From contig DASVLC010000050.1 in NCBI GenBank assembly GCA_036385045.1, forward strand, positions 1,916 to 65,915: a stretch of DNA of 64,000 bases. Reading direction: 5' to 3'. This DNA is from Thermoanaerobaculia bacterium. Lineage in GTDB: Bacteria > Acidobacteriota > Thermoanaerobaculia > Gp7-AA8. A model generated the notes under the pieces. It was given only the letters and a program-made list of their open reading frames with translations, had not been told where the DNA came from and did no database searches. The first letter of the stretch is position 1. Every line of letters starts with the position of its first letter. Position numbers and translations under genes: made by a program. Shown one piece after another: positions 1-9,158 of the stretch.

Positions 1-1145
1 TGCGCCCGACCTGGGTCGAGATCGACCTCGAGGCTTTCGACGCAAACACGGCGACACTCGCTTCTCTGCTTCCGAGGAATGCGTCGACGATTGCGGTGCT
101 CAAGGCGGATGCGTATGGCCACGGCGCGGTCGAGCTCGCACGCCGCTGCGAACGGAACGGAATTGCGATGATCGCGGTGGCGCTGATCGAGGAAGGACTC
201 GAGCTGCGACGGGCCGGCATCTCACTTCCGGTTCTGGTCCTCGGCCCTCTCAACGAACAGCAGATTCGGATCGCCGTCGACGAGCGCCTCACGCTGGGGA
301 TTCCTGGACCGGAGGAGCTCGAACTCGCGGCTCGCGTCGCACAGGAGCGGGAAGTCGTCATTCACCTCAAGATCGATAGCGGGATGGGCCGGATGGGCTG
401 CGTCGAAACCGAGTTCCCGCGAATCGCTGAGCTTCTTCAGTCGGCCCCCAACCTCCACCTGGAGGCGATCTATACTCATTTTGCGAACGCGAGCGATCCG
501 GACGATCCGATGACGAGTGATCAACTCGCTCGCTTCGACACGCTGCTCGCCACACTACGCCAGGCGGGCATCAGCGCGCCGCGACAGCACGCGGCCAACA
601 GCGCGGCCGTGCTCCGTGGCGTGGTCAGCCCGGGCGACTTCGTTCGGATCGGACTTGCTCTGGTTGGTGGCGATCCACTCGACCACCCCCTGCCCGAAGG
701 CCATCCGCCGTTACGCCCCGTCATGCGCTGGCGCACCGAGATCGCTCGGCTGAAGGAGCTTCCGGCCGGGCATGTCGTCGGCTACGGAGCAACATTCAGG
801 ACAGCACGCCCGAGCCGGATCGCAACCCTCCCGGTCGGCTATGCCGATGGCTACGGCCGGCGTCTCTCCAACCGCGGAGAGGTACTGGTGCGCGGCCAGA
901 GGGTGCCGGTCGTCGGCCGTGTGTCAATGGACCTGGTGACGATCGACGTGACGGACGTGCCGGAAGCAGCAGTCGGCGACGAAGTGATTCTGATGGGAGG
1001 GCAGGGGGAGGAGCGGATCACGGTCGAAGAGCTGGCGGTGAAACTTGATACGATCTCGCACGAGGTGTTCTGCGCCGTCGGCTCGCGGGTCCCGCGGATT
1101 TATGCCGAAACCGGCAGAGCACGCATCCGGTCTCGATTTCAATGA
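1..1145 (+). CDS. alr: alanine racemase, 5' end cut by window edge
   Basis: Frame is open from nt 3 (RPTWVEIDLEAF...). It has the PLP-lysine motif VLKADAYGHG and later PVGYADGY and SMDLV motifs typical of Alr. Confidence 0.9.
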   Translation, partial: RPTWVEIDLEAFDANTATLASLLPRNASTIAVLKADAYGHGAVELARRCERNGIAMIAVALIEEGLELRRAGISLPVLVLGPLNEQQIRIAVDERLTLGIPGPEELELAARVAQEREVVIHLKIDSGMGRMGCVETEFPRIAELLQSAPNLHLEAIYTHFANASDPDDPMTSDQLARFDTLLATLRQAGISAPRQHAANSAAVLRGVVSPGDFVRIGLALVGGDPLDHPLPEGHPPLRPVMRWRTEIARLKELPAGHVVGYGATFRTARPSRIATLPVGYADGYGRRLSNRGEVLVRGQRVPVVGRVSMDLVTIDVTDVPEAAVGDEVILMGGQGEERITVEELAVKLDTISHEVFCAVGSRVPRIYAETGRARIRSRFQ

Positions 1146-1912
1146 CGACGCTCCTCGAGCGCATTGGATTGCGCTTCATTTCGCTGTTCGAACAGACCGG
1201 CATCTGGTTCACTGCCGTCTGGAGCACGTTCAAGTGGACCTTCCGTCCGCCATACGACGTCCGCGAGTGGTTCCGGCAGATGGTGCGCGTCGGCGTCGAC
1301 TCGATCCCTGTCGTCTTTCTGACGACGATGTTCACCGGCATGGTGCTGGCGCTGCAGACCTTCGCCGGCTTCCAGCGCGTGCATGCCGAGCAGTTCGTCG
1401 CGAGCGTCGTGGCGCTTGCGATGTTGCGCGAGCTCTCTCCCGTGCTGGTCGGCCTGATGGTTGCGGGCAGAGTCGGTTCATCGATGGCGGCAGAAATCGG
1501 CACGATGAGAGTCACCGAACAGATCGACGCACTCAAAGCTCTCGCGACCGAGCCGGTGCAGTACCTTTTCGTCCCGCGCGTGATTGCCGGCATCGTCATG
1601 CTCCCCTTTCTCGTCGTTCTGGGTGACGCGCTCGGAATCTGGGGTGGCTATCTGGTCGCGGTGAAGCTTCTGGGGACGAATCCAGTCGTGTACAAGCAGA
1701 ACACCTTTCAGTTTCTCGAGATCTCCGACGTGACGAGCGGGTTGATCAAAGCCGCCTTCTTTGGCGGCATCCTGACGATTACCGGCTGCGTGCGTGGCTA
1801 CAACGCAACCGGCGGCGCCGAAGGGGTCGGGCAGGCGACTACTCAGGCAGTCGTCTCTGCATCTCTCATCATCCTTCTCGCCGATTTCTTTCTGACCAAG
1901 ATCCTGTTCTGA
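1142..1912 (+). CDS. mlaE: MlaE-like ABC transporter permease (phospholipid/toluene tolerance family)
   Basis: 256 aa, multi-TM, with the MlaE/Ttg2B-type region GRVGSSMAAEIGTMRVTEQIDAL. The start overlaps the alr stop (ATGA). Confidence 0.8.
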   Translation: MTTLLERIGLRFISLFEQTGIWFTAVWSTFKWTFRPPYDVREWFRQMVRVGVDSIPVVFLTTMFTGMVLALQTFAGFQRVHAEQFVASVVALAMLRELSPVLVGLMVAGRVGSSMAAEIGTMRVTEQIDALKALATEPVQYLFVPRVIAGIVMLPFLVVLGDALGIWGGYLVAVKLLGTNPVVYKQNTFQFLEISDVTSGLIKAAFFGGILTITGCVRGYNATGGAEGVGQATTQAVVSASLIILLADFFLTKILF

Positions 1913-1914
1913 CC

Positions 1915-2700
1915 ATGGCTTTCATCGAACTGCAGAAGTTGTCGAAGTCGTTCGGAGAGAAGGAAGTGCTCCGCGACATGTCGCTCGACGTGGAGCGCGG
2001 CGACTCGGTCGTGATCGTCGGCGGGTCGGGGACCGGGAAGAGCGTGACGCTCAAGCACATCATCGGCCTCTTACGGCCCGATAGCGGCCGGGTCATTGTC
2101 GATGGGCACGACGTCACCGCAATGAGCGAGCGTCAGTTGAACGCCTTTCGGCGCCGCTTCGGCATGTCTTTTCAGGAAGGTGCTCTGTTCGACTCGATGT
2201 CGGTGTTCGAGAACATCGCGTTTCCGCTGCGCCGCCATACGAAGATGACGGAAGCGGAAATCCGGAAGCGGGTGGAGGAGTGTCTCGAGGATGTGCACCT
2301 CAGCGGCGTCGAGACCAAGCGGCCTTCCGAGCTCTCCGGGGGCATGCGTCGTCGCGTCGGTTTCGCTCGCGCGATTTCACTCGCCCCGGAGATTCTTCTG
2401 TTCGACGAGCCGACCACCGGACTCGATCCTGTGATCAGCGACGTCGTCGCAGAGCTGATTCGCGAAATGGATCAGAAGCTCAGCACGACGACCATCACGA
2501 TCACGCATGACATGAAGGTCGCGTTCAAGATTGCCGACCAGATCGCGATGCTCTGTGGCGGCCGCATCATAGAGAAGGGGACGGTTGATCAGTTCCGGAA
2601 GTCGAAGAACCCCGTGGTGCAGCAGTTCATCGACGGCAGAGCCGACGGGCCGATGACCGATCCGGGCGAACTGATCCCTCCGTTTCGAGCCCGCTGCTGA
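1915..2700 (+). CDS. mlaF: MlaF-like ABC transporter ATP-binding protein
   Basis: Walker A GGSGTGKS, signature LSGGMRRR, Walker B LLFDEPTTGLD. It lies 2 nt after mlaE. Confidence 0.8.
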   Translation: MAFIELQKLSKSFGEKEVLRDMSLDVERGDSVVIVGGSGTGKSVTLKHIIGLLRPDSGRVIVDGHDVTAMSERQLNAFRRRFGMSFQEGALFDSMSVFENIAFPLRRHTKMTEAEIRKRVEECLEDVHLSGVETKRPSELSGGMRRRVGFARAISLAPEILLFDEPTTGLDPVISDVVAELIREMDQKLSTTTITITHDMKVAFKIADQIAMLCGGRIIEKGTVDQFRKSKNPVVQQFIDGRADGPMTDPGELIPPFRARC

Positions 2701-2722
2701 CCAGTCTTCCGATGAAACGACG

Positions 2723-2749
2723 AACGGCGCCCCATTACGAGGCGCCGTT
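2723..2749. terminator. GC-rich hairpin between convergent mlaF and the lipoprotein gene
   Basis: A 9-bp stem AACGGCGCC / GGCGCCGTT with a 9-nt loop sits midway between the two stop codons. There is no clear U-tract. Confidence 0.35.
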
Positions 2750-2770
2750 GCGCGTAGCGAAAAGAATGCG

Positions 2771-3253
2771 TTAGTCCTTGGAGAGGCGTGTGCGCGTTGG
2801 TGTCGCCGTGGTCGTGGTGGTCGTAGTCTGCGTCGATGAGGTCATCGGAACCGGCGCAGGTGTGACGATCGTCTCACGCTCGGTTATGACTACCGGAGCG
2901 GGTGCCGGAGTCGGTGCCGGAGCGATGTAGGTCGTGTCGGCAGTCGTATCGACTTCCGTCACCGTAACCGTGCTGCTGCTCGGCTGCGCGACGATGTTCA
3001 CGTTGGTGTTCGTGCCGGTGCCCGAAGGATTTCCCTGGCCGGGTGCCGCACTGCTGGAGTAGACGTTGCCGTCGCTGTCGATCTTGGCGGGTCCCGGAGC
3101 CGGCGCGACGCTGCCGCTTTCCGTGACCTGAACGACGCGGTCACTGCGATCCGTATTGTCAGCAACGCTCGGGTTGGAGGCGCACGCGCCGACCAGAAGG
3201 AGCGCCGCGAACCCAGCCGCGACTGCCGTGTTATGCATCATTTTCTTCATCAT
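2771..3253 (-). CDS. Thr/Pro/Ser-rich lipoprotein, function unknown
   Basis: Signal peptide with lipobox LLVGAC; the rest is low complexity (APAPTPAPAP, TTTTTTT). Confidence 0.55.
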   Translation of the reverse strand: MMKKMMHNTAVAAGFAALLLVGACASNPSVADNTDRSDRVVQVTESGSVAPAPGPAKIDSDGNVYSSSAAPGQGNPSGTGTNTNVNIVAQPSSSTVTVTEVDTTADTTYIAPAPTPAPAPVVITERETIVTPAPVPMTSSTQTTTTTTTATPTRTRLSKD

Positions 3254-3414
3254 GATTCCTGACTCCTGAGAGTTGTTGTTTGGTTTGGGGTCTTAAGGCC
3301 ATCGGGTGACCTGACCATTTGTAAGGCAAGGGGAATGCCTGCTGCTCTGCTCAGGCGGCCTGAGCCGGGAATTCAATCGCATGATCATCGAACCGCTTCC
3401 GCTACACTCGCTTC

Positions 3415-4719
3415 GTGGGCGAAGCACGCAACTGGTCCGTTTCCGAGCTGATCCGCCAGGTCAACCTGGATCTCTACCGATACAACGATGTCAGCGTTGA
3501 GGGAGAGGTCACCAACTTCACGAAGTCATCGGCCGGGCACTGCTACTTCACGCTGAAAGACGCCCGCGCGCAGATCCGCGTCGTTCTGTTCGCCGCTCAG
3601 TCGCGCCTGCTTCGCTTCCGGATCGAAAATGGTCTCCAGCTGATCGTCAGGGGACGTCTGGCGATCTACGAGGCGCGTGGCGACTTCCAGCTCAATGCCG
3701 TTTCCGCCGAACCGGCGGGCCTCGGAGCTCTCCAGCTCGCCTTCGAACAAATGAAGAAAAAGCTCGCCGAGGAAGGGCTGTTCGATCAGAGCCGGAAGAA
3801 GCCGATTCCGATGCTTCCTCAGCGGATCGCGGTGGTGACGAGCCCAACCGGCGCCGCTGTACGCGACATCCTCCACGTCCTCGGCCGACGGTTCGAAGGT
3901 CTATCCCTTCAGATTTATCCGGTCCGAGTTCAGGGAGCAACGGCAGGCCGGGAGATTGCCACGGCGATTCGCAATCTTTCCCGCTGGAACCTTCATGACG
4001 TCGTCCTGATCTGTCGCGGCGGAGGCTCGCTGGAGGATCTCTGGGCATTCAACGAGGAGCCGGTCGCCCGCGCGATCTCTGAATGCGAGATCCCGACGAT
4101 CTCCGGAGTCGGGCATGAGACCGACTTCACGATCTGCGATTTCGTCGCCGATCTTCGGGCTCCGACGCCTTCCGCCGCGGCGGAGATCGTGATCCGGGCC
4201 AAGGGTGAGATCTGCGACCAGATCGATCACATGACCCGTCGCGTGCGTCATGTCGTCGAAACGCGGGTGCGTCACTATCGACATGAGCTGAGGCACCTCT
4301 CGTCGTCCGATCGCCTCGGCGTCGCTGTGACACGCGTGAGAAGGATGCGTGAACGTCTCGAACGCCGGCGCCTGACGCTCTACCGCAGCCTCGACGCAAC
4401 CGCAAAGCTGCTACGCCGGAGGTTAGCGTCATGCGACGAGCCGCTGACTCGCTATCCCGCACGCATCGAGCGCGAGCGGCAGAAGCTGGGAGCCGTTGCC
4501 GGAACTCTGCAGGCCGTCTCTCCTCTCTCGGTGCTCTCCCGAGGTTATGCCATCGCATTCTCGCGGACACGTCGCGGACGCAAGCCGATCTTCGACTCCT
4601 CACAAGTGAAGGTCGGCGAGGCGATCGAAGTACAACTTCGCAAAGGACGCCTCGAATGCACGGTCGATTCGCAGACGCTTGGCGTAGAGAGTGTTCTGCC
4701 GGAAATCGGTAACGGGTAG
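3415..4719 (+). CDS. xseA: exodeoxyribonuclease VII large subunit
   Basis: 434 aa. N-terminal OB-fold (VSVEGEVTNF..GHCYFTLKD) and a central region (VVTSPTGAAVRDIL, RGGGSLEDLW) typical of XseA. GTG start. Confidence 0.9.
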   Translation: MGEARNWSVSELIRQVNLDLYRYNDVSVEGEVTNFTKSSAGHCYFTLKDARAQIRVVLFAAQSRLLRFRIENGLQLIVRGRLAIYEARGDFQLNAVSAEPAGLGALQLAFEQMKKKLAEEGLFDQSRKKPIPMLPQRIAVVTSPTGAAVRDILHVLGRRFEGLSLQIYPVRVQGATAGREIATAIRNLSRWNLHDVVLICRGGGSLEDLWAFNEEPVARAISECEIPTISGVGHETDFTICDFVADLRAPTPSAAAEIVIRAKGEICDQIDHMTRRVRHVVETRVRHYRHELRHLSSSDRLGVAVTRVRRMRERLERRRLTLYRSLDATAKLLRRRLASCDEPLTRYPARIERERQKLGAVAGTLQAVSPLSVLSRGYAIAFSRTRRGRKPIFDSSQVKVGEAIEVQLRKGRLECTVDSQTLGVESVLPEIGNG

Positions 4720-4752
4720 GCGGGGTGCACCGTCATCCTGTGACTGGAGAAT

Positions 4753-4819
4753 TGAGAGTCAAAGACCGGGCGCGGGCTCGGGCCCGGGCCCGGGCCCGGG
4801 AAAAAGAGCGTGAGACTCA
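4753..4819. repeat. Family A repeat, copy A1 (TGAGAGTCAAAG-CCGGGC + (GGGCCC)n GC-rich core + degenerate right arm)
   Basis: The left arm TGAGAGTCAAAGACCGGGC matches the copies at 16821 and (inverted) 24932. It is preceded by GGAGAATTGAGAG, which resembles the heptamer element at 60721. Confidence 0.6.
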
Positions 4820-4908
4820 TGCACTTCGATCCTGACGCTCGTGCAGAACCACGAGAAGCTCGACGCCCTTGCATTCCTTGGGGGAGGGAATCGCCGAACA
4901 AGAGACTT

Positions 4909-5069
4909 GTCGCCCCTCTCCCCGCGACTAGCGGGGAGAGGGTGAAAGTGCCTGGTGAGGGGTCGCGCCACACGCCACACACGAGCAAGTTGCGGGTGCG
5001 GGGGGCGAGACGCCCCCTGCGGACGAGGACGTCCGCGGTACGGCAGGCGAGGACGCCTGCGCTACGAAC
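4909..5069 (+). repeat. Family C repeat, copy C1 (long form)
   Basis: Contains the CCCTCTCCCCGC..GCGGGGAGAGGG hairpin, then GGTGAGGGG..CGCCACACGCC..GGTACGGCAGGCGAGGACGCCTGCGCTACGAAC. It is repeated at 5288-5366 and inverted at about 35981-36029. Confidence 0.7.
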
Positions 5070-5184
5070 CCCCGCAAAAAGCGCGGGGGGAGGCGCACGA
5101 GCGTGCGATCCCATGAGCCTCGGCTGCCTCGCTCACGCTCATCCCGCCGTTCACATCGAAGATCAATGCTTCCTTCGCACTCAT
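5062..5184 (-). CDS. possible 40-aa ORF with helix-turn-helix-like segment (MSAKEALIFDVNGGMSVSEAAEAHGIARSCASPRAFCGGS)
   Basis: ATG at 5184 has GGAGG 6 nt upstream (5191-5195). The stop TAG lies inside repeat C1. It is too short for the ORF track and was translated by hand. Confidence 0.25.
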   Translation of the reverse strand: MSAKEALIFDVNGGMSVSEAAEAHGIARSCASPRAFCGGS

Positions 5185-5287
5185 CGAGTTCCTCCACGGC
5201 ATCCCCATCCCTCCCGCTTATCAGGATGCCTCAGGTGTCCTCGATGTCCCCGGTCAGTACCGTGGCCCTGAGCGAAGCCGAAGGGCC

Positions 5288-5366
5288 GGGTGAGGGGCTG
5301 CGCCACACGCCCATGCACGAGCAAGTCGCGGGTGGTACGGCAGGTGAGGACGCCTGCGCTACGAAC
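5288..5366 (+). repeat. Family C repeat, copy C2 (short form)
   Basis: GGTGAGGGGCTGCGCCACACGCC..GGTACGGCAGGTGAGGACGCCTGCGCTACGAAC. It overlaps the stop codon of cobA-hemD (5359-5361). Confidence 0.7.
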
Positions 5367-6918
5367 GTTCAGCAACAGCCATCGACGAACATGCCTCGAC
5401 GACCGCGTCGTGCAGGGCCTGAATCGTCGCCGTCTTCGCGACGACGTCGGGGGGCTTGCCATACTTCCGAACCGCTTCGCTCGTGGTCGCACCGATGCTG
5501 GCGAGGATCGCGCGACCCGTGACCTTCCTGCGCTCCGTCTCGGTCAGTTTGCCGAAGAAGTGATCGACGGTGGAGGCGCTGGTGAACGTCACCACGTCGA
5601 CCGCGTCACCCGCGATCATTTCGCGCAACTCGTCCAGATCGGTGTCGGCAGCCACGGTGCGGTACGCCACTCCAAGATCGACCTCTCCACCGCGCCGTCG
5701 CAACTCGTTGATCAGCTCTTCGCGACCCTCTTCGGCGCGGATGACCGCGGTACGAAGCCCACTCTGATCCTCGGGAAGGAGCGGAAGAAGCTCGGTCGAA
5801 ATGAACCGCTCGGGCACCACGTCGGGCAGAATGCCTCGTGAGCGCAGTTCATCGGCCGTAACCTGACCAACTGCCGCGACCTTCGTTCCGCCGAGCGAGC
5901 GAACGTCACGCCCCTGCTCGTAGAGACGATCGAAGAAGGCGTTGACGCCGTTCACCGAGGTGAAGACCAGCCAGTCATAAGTCGATCCGATGACGCGATC
6001 CAGCGACTCCCACGATTCGGGAGGGACGATCTCGATCGTTGGGAACTGCAGCACGCGGGCTCCGGAGTCCTCTAGGAGGCGCTTCAATTCGGAAGCCTGT
6101 TCACGCGCGCGCGTCACGACGACGCTCTTGCCGAACAGCGGGCGGTTCTCGAACCAGTTGATGGTCTCGTGAAGCTTCACCACATCGCCGACGACGATCA
6201 GCGCCGGCGTCTCCAGCTTCGCCTCCGCGACGCGCGCTTCGATATTGCGGAGCGTGCCGGTGACCGTACGTTGATCGTGCCGCGTCCCCTTCGAGATGAC
6301 CGCACAGCCACGCTCGGCCGGCATGCCGAACTCGATGAGCTTTTTCGCAATGGTCGGGAGGTTGGCGAACCCCATCATGAAGACGATCGTGCCGTCGAGT
6401 TGCGCCAGAGCGGGCCACTTGATGCCGGTCGAGCCGGAGTCGGCTTCGTGCGCCGTCACCAGAGTGACTGATGTCGCGTAGGCGCGATGCGTGACGGGGA
6501 TCCCGGCATAACCGGGACCTGCGATCGCCGAGGAGATTCCGGGAACGATCTCGAATGCAACGCCGGCGGCCGCAAGCTCCTCGGCTTCTTCGCCGCCACG
6601 ACCGAAGACGAAAGGATCTCCTCCTTTGAGGCGAACGACGGTCCTTCCCTTCTTCGCCTCGTCAATCAGGAGCTGGTTGATCTCGCCCTGCGGCAGCGCG
6701 TGCGCGCTCGCACGTTTGCCGACGTAGACGACCTGGGTCGTCGGCGGGATCATCGACGCGATCTCTTTCGATACCAGTGCGTCGAGTGCGATGAGGTCGG
6801 CCTTCCAGATCAACTCGGCCGCACGGAGCGTCAGCAGACGTGCATCCCCCGGCCCGGCTCCGACGAGATAGACCTTGCCCGATCCGCGATCGGTTCCTAC
6901 GGCTTCCTGGTTGCGCAC
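5359..6918 (-). CDS. cobA-hemD: bifunctional uroporphyrinogen-III C-methyltransferase / uroporphyrinogen-III synthase
   Basis: 519 aa. The N-terminal half has SUMT motifs (VYLVGAGPGD, VVRLKGGDPFVFGRGGEE). The C-terminal ~250 aa are HemD-like. GTG start overlaps hemC by 22 nt. Confidence 0.85.
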   Translation of the reverse strand: MRNQEAVGTDRGSGKVYLVGAGPGDARLLTLRAAELIWKADLIALDALVSKEIASMIPPTTQVVYVGKRASAHALPQGEINQLLIDEAKKGRTVVRLKGGDPFVFGRGGEEAEELAAAGVAFEIVPGISSAIAGPGYAGIPVTHRAYATSVTLVTAHEADSGSTGIKWPALAQLDGTIVFMMGFANLPTIAKKLIEFGMPAERGCAVISKGTRHDQRTVTGTLRNIEARVAEAKLETPALIVVGDVVKLHETINWFENRPLFGKSVVVTRAREQASELKRLLEDSGARVLQFPTIEIVPPESWESLDRVIGSTYDWLVFTSVNGVNAFFDRLYEQGRDVRSLGGTKVAAVGQVTADELRSRGILPDVVPERFISTELLPLLPEDQSGLRTAVIRAEEGREELINELRRRGGEVDLGVAYRTVAADTDLDELREMIAGDAVDVVTFTSASTVDHFFGKLTETERRKVTGRAILASIGATTSEAVRKYGKPPDVVAKTATIQALHDAVVEACSSMAVAERS

Positions 6919-7826
6919 AAAAGCTCCTCGGCACCCTGCGCGACGAGCTCGTCGAACACGGCGTTGGTCACTGCGGACGGGTCATGTCCGCGCTGGCTCG
7001 CACGAATGGCGTGCGTGCCTTCGTAGTCGGAGAAAAAGGCCCGGACGTCAATCTGATCTTCATCAATCGTCGCATGGACGGCCACAGCGGAGTAGCAGTC
7101 GAGCTGTTCGCCGAACCTCTGCAGAACGCCTCTCTCACACCGTGCCGCGATCGCGCTGGGCTCATGGCTGATGGCTGCACACGCTTCCCGCGCGGCATCG
7201 TTCGATCCCAGGCACTCGAAGGCGACGATTCCCTGGCCCGCGGCCGGTAGCATCTCGCTGACAGCAAAGTAGGAGGTGATCTCGGCAGCACGGCCGAGTC
7301 TCGTCATTCCGGCGCTCGCCAGAATGATTCCTGCGAACTCCCCCTGCCGCGCCTTATTGATCCGGGTGTCGACGTTGCCTCGTATGTCACGGATGTTCAG
7401 GTGGGGAAAAAGGTTCACGAGCTGCGTACGCCGGCGAGGCGCGCTGGTTCCGATGACCGCTCCTGCCGGCATGTCGGCGATGGAACGTCCCTCGACGTGA
7501 ACCCAGGCATCCCGCGGATCGGCCCGCTCGAGAAATCCGGCGAGGACGAAGCGGTCGGGGATGATCGACGGAACATCCTTGAGGCTGTGAACCGCGAGAT
7601 CGATTTCGCCCTGGTCGAGCGCCTCCTCGAGCTCCTTGATGAAGAGCCCTTTACCGCCGATCGTTGCCAGGGAAACATCATGGCGTTTGTCACCCGTCGT
7701 CCTGATGATCACGAGTTCGGGCTCGTAACCGGCGGCGGTCAGACGCGTCGCCGTTTCGTTGGCCTGCCAGAGTGCGAGCTGACTGCCGCGTGTTCCGATT
7801 CGTAGTTTTCCAGGCATGGGGCTCAT
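6897..7826 (-). CDS. hemC: hydroxymethylbilane synthase (porphobilinogen deaminase)
   Basis: 309 aa, with LRIGTRGSQLALWQA N-terminus and DTR..K motifs. The start overlaps the hemA stop by 4 nt. Confidence 0.9.
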   Translation of the reverse strand: MSPMPGKLRIGTRGSQLALWQANETATRLTAAGYEPELVIIRTTGDKRHDVSLATIGGKGLFIKELEEALDQGEIDLAVHSLKDVPSIIPDRFVLAGFLERADPRDAWVHVEGRSIADMPAGAVIGTSAPRRRTQLVNLFPHLNIRDIRGNVDTRINKARQGEFAGIILASAGMTRLGRAAEITSYFAVSEMLPAAGQGIVAFECLGSNDAAREACAAISHEPSAIAARCERGVLQRFGEQLDCYSAVAVHATIDEDQIDVRAFFSDYEGTHAIRASQRGHDPSAVTNAVFDELVAQGAEELLCATRKP

Positions 7827-9085
7827 CGCAGTCCAAAGATTTTGCGGATCGTGCGGCGGAGCGCGTCAAGCTCCTGCGGCTCGTCGGAGACGTCCTTCAA
7901 CTGAAGGATCGGGTAATGAAGGATCTTGTTCACGAGCTGAGTCGAGAACATCTCGACCGACTGGCGCTGCTCCGGAGTCATGGGACCCATCTTGCGCAGG
8001 CACTTCTCGAGCTCGGCGGTGCGGATCGACTCGAGCCGCTGCTGAAGCTCGAGGATGGTCGGTACGGCGTCCTGGGCGACGAGACGCTTGCGGAAGGTCT
8101 CTACCTCACGCACGACGATCTGCTCGGCGTCGCCGGCCTTCTGCTGGCGCAGCGAAAGGTTTGCGTCGGCAACCTGCTGGAGGTCATCGACGTTGTAGAG
8201 ATAGGCCCCATCGATCCGGCCGACCTCGGGATGGATGTTGCGCGGTACCGACAGGTCGATCAGGAAGAGATTGCGGTTGCGGCGCAGCTCGAGCGCCCGC
8301 GTTACCTGGAACGGCTCGACGACGTAGTGAGGAGCCGCCGTCGAAGCGATGACGATGTCGCACTGCGGCAGGAACTCTTCGAGACGTTCGAACTGGACTG
8401 CCTCGCCATCGAAACGGTTCGAAAGTTCGACCGCGCGCTCGAACGAGCGATTGGCCACGAAGACCTGCTTCACGTCCTGAGCATGCAGATGTTCGGCAGT
8501 CAGCTCTCCCATGTCGCCGGCGCCGAGGAGCAGGACCTGCAGACCACTGAGATCGCCGAAGATCTTCTTCGCCAGCTCGACCGCCGCATAGGGGACTGAG
8601 ACAGCGTGCTCGCCGATCCCGGTGTCGGTACGGACCTTCTTCGACACCCGCATCGTGTTCTCGTAAACCTGCATGAGGAGCGAGTCGAGAGCACCGAGCT
8701 CCAGTGATGCGGCGAAGGCTTTCCTGACCTGTCCGCCGATCTGCGGTTCACCGAGAATCATCGAGTCGAGTCCCGACGCGACACGGAAAAGGTGTTTCAC
8801 CACGTCGCCGTGGCGCAGGATGTAAAGGTGCTTCTCGAGCTCGGAACGCCCGGTCGCGGCGCGGTCGGCCAACCACTCGACGATGCTGGCAATCACGTCC
8901 TCGTCTCTCGTCGAGACGATCGCTTCGACCCGGTTGCACGTGGAAAGAATCGCGACCCCGTCCACCCCTTCGATCGAACGGACAGCGGATGTGGTGTCAG
9001 CGAGTCTGGTGTCCGGCACGCTGAGCCGCTCGCGAACCTCGACCGGCGCGGTTCTGTGATTCAGTCCGACGAGAATCAGAGGCAC
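7823..9085 (-). CDS. hemA: glutamyl-tRNA reductase
   Basis: 420 aa, with LNHRTAPVEVRE, active-site CNRVE and NADPH-binding LLLGAGDMGE. Confidence 0.9.
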   Translation of the reverse strand: MPLILVGLNHRTAPVEVRERLSVPDTRLADTTSAVRSIEGVDGVAILSTCNRVEAIVSTRDEDVIASIVEWLADRAATGRSELEKHLYILRHGDVVKHLFRVASGLDSMILGEPQIGGQVRKAFAASLELGALDSLLMQVYENTMRVSKKVRTDTGIGEHAVSVPYAAVELAKKIFGDLSGLQVLLLGAGDMGELTAEHLHAQDVKQVFVANRSFERAVELSNRFDGEAVQFERLEEFLPQCDIVIASTAAPHYVVEPFQVTRALELRRNRNLFLIDLSVPRNIHPEVGRIDGAYLYNVDDLQQVADANLSLRQQKAGDAEQIVVREVETFRKRLVAQDAVPTILELQQRLESIRTAELEKCLRKMGPMTPEQRQSVEMFSTQLVNKILHYPILQLKDVSDEPQELDALRRTIRKIFGLR

Positions 9086-9158
9086 GGAAGACCTCCGCGC
9101 ATCGCTGCGCTTCCGGACCGATCCGGCTGTGAAGGCAGCACGATCTCTTTCAACGCGC

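Noticed and set aside
4810-5841. Overlapping ORFs of 139-183 aa in the xseA/cobA-hemD spacer
   Set aside because: They are read through repeat families A and C in several frames. The same peptides recur wherever the repeats recur, or the ORFs are antisense to cobA-hemD.
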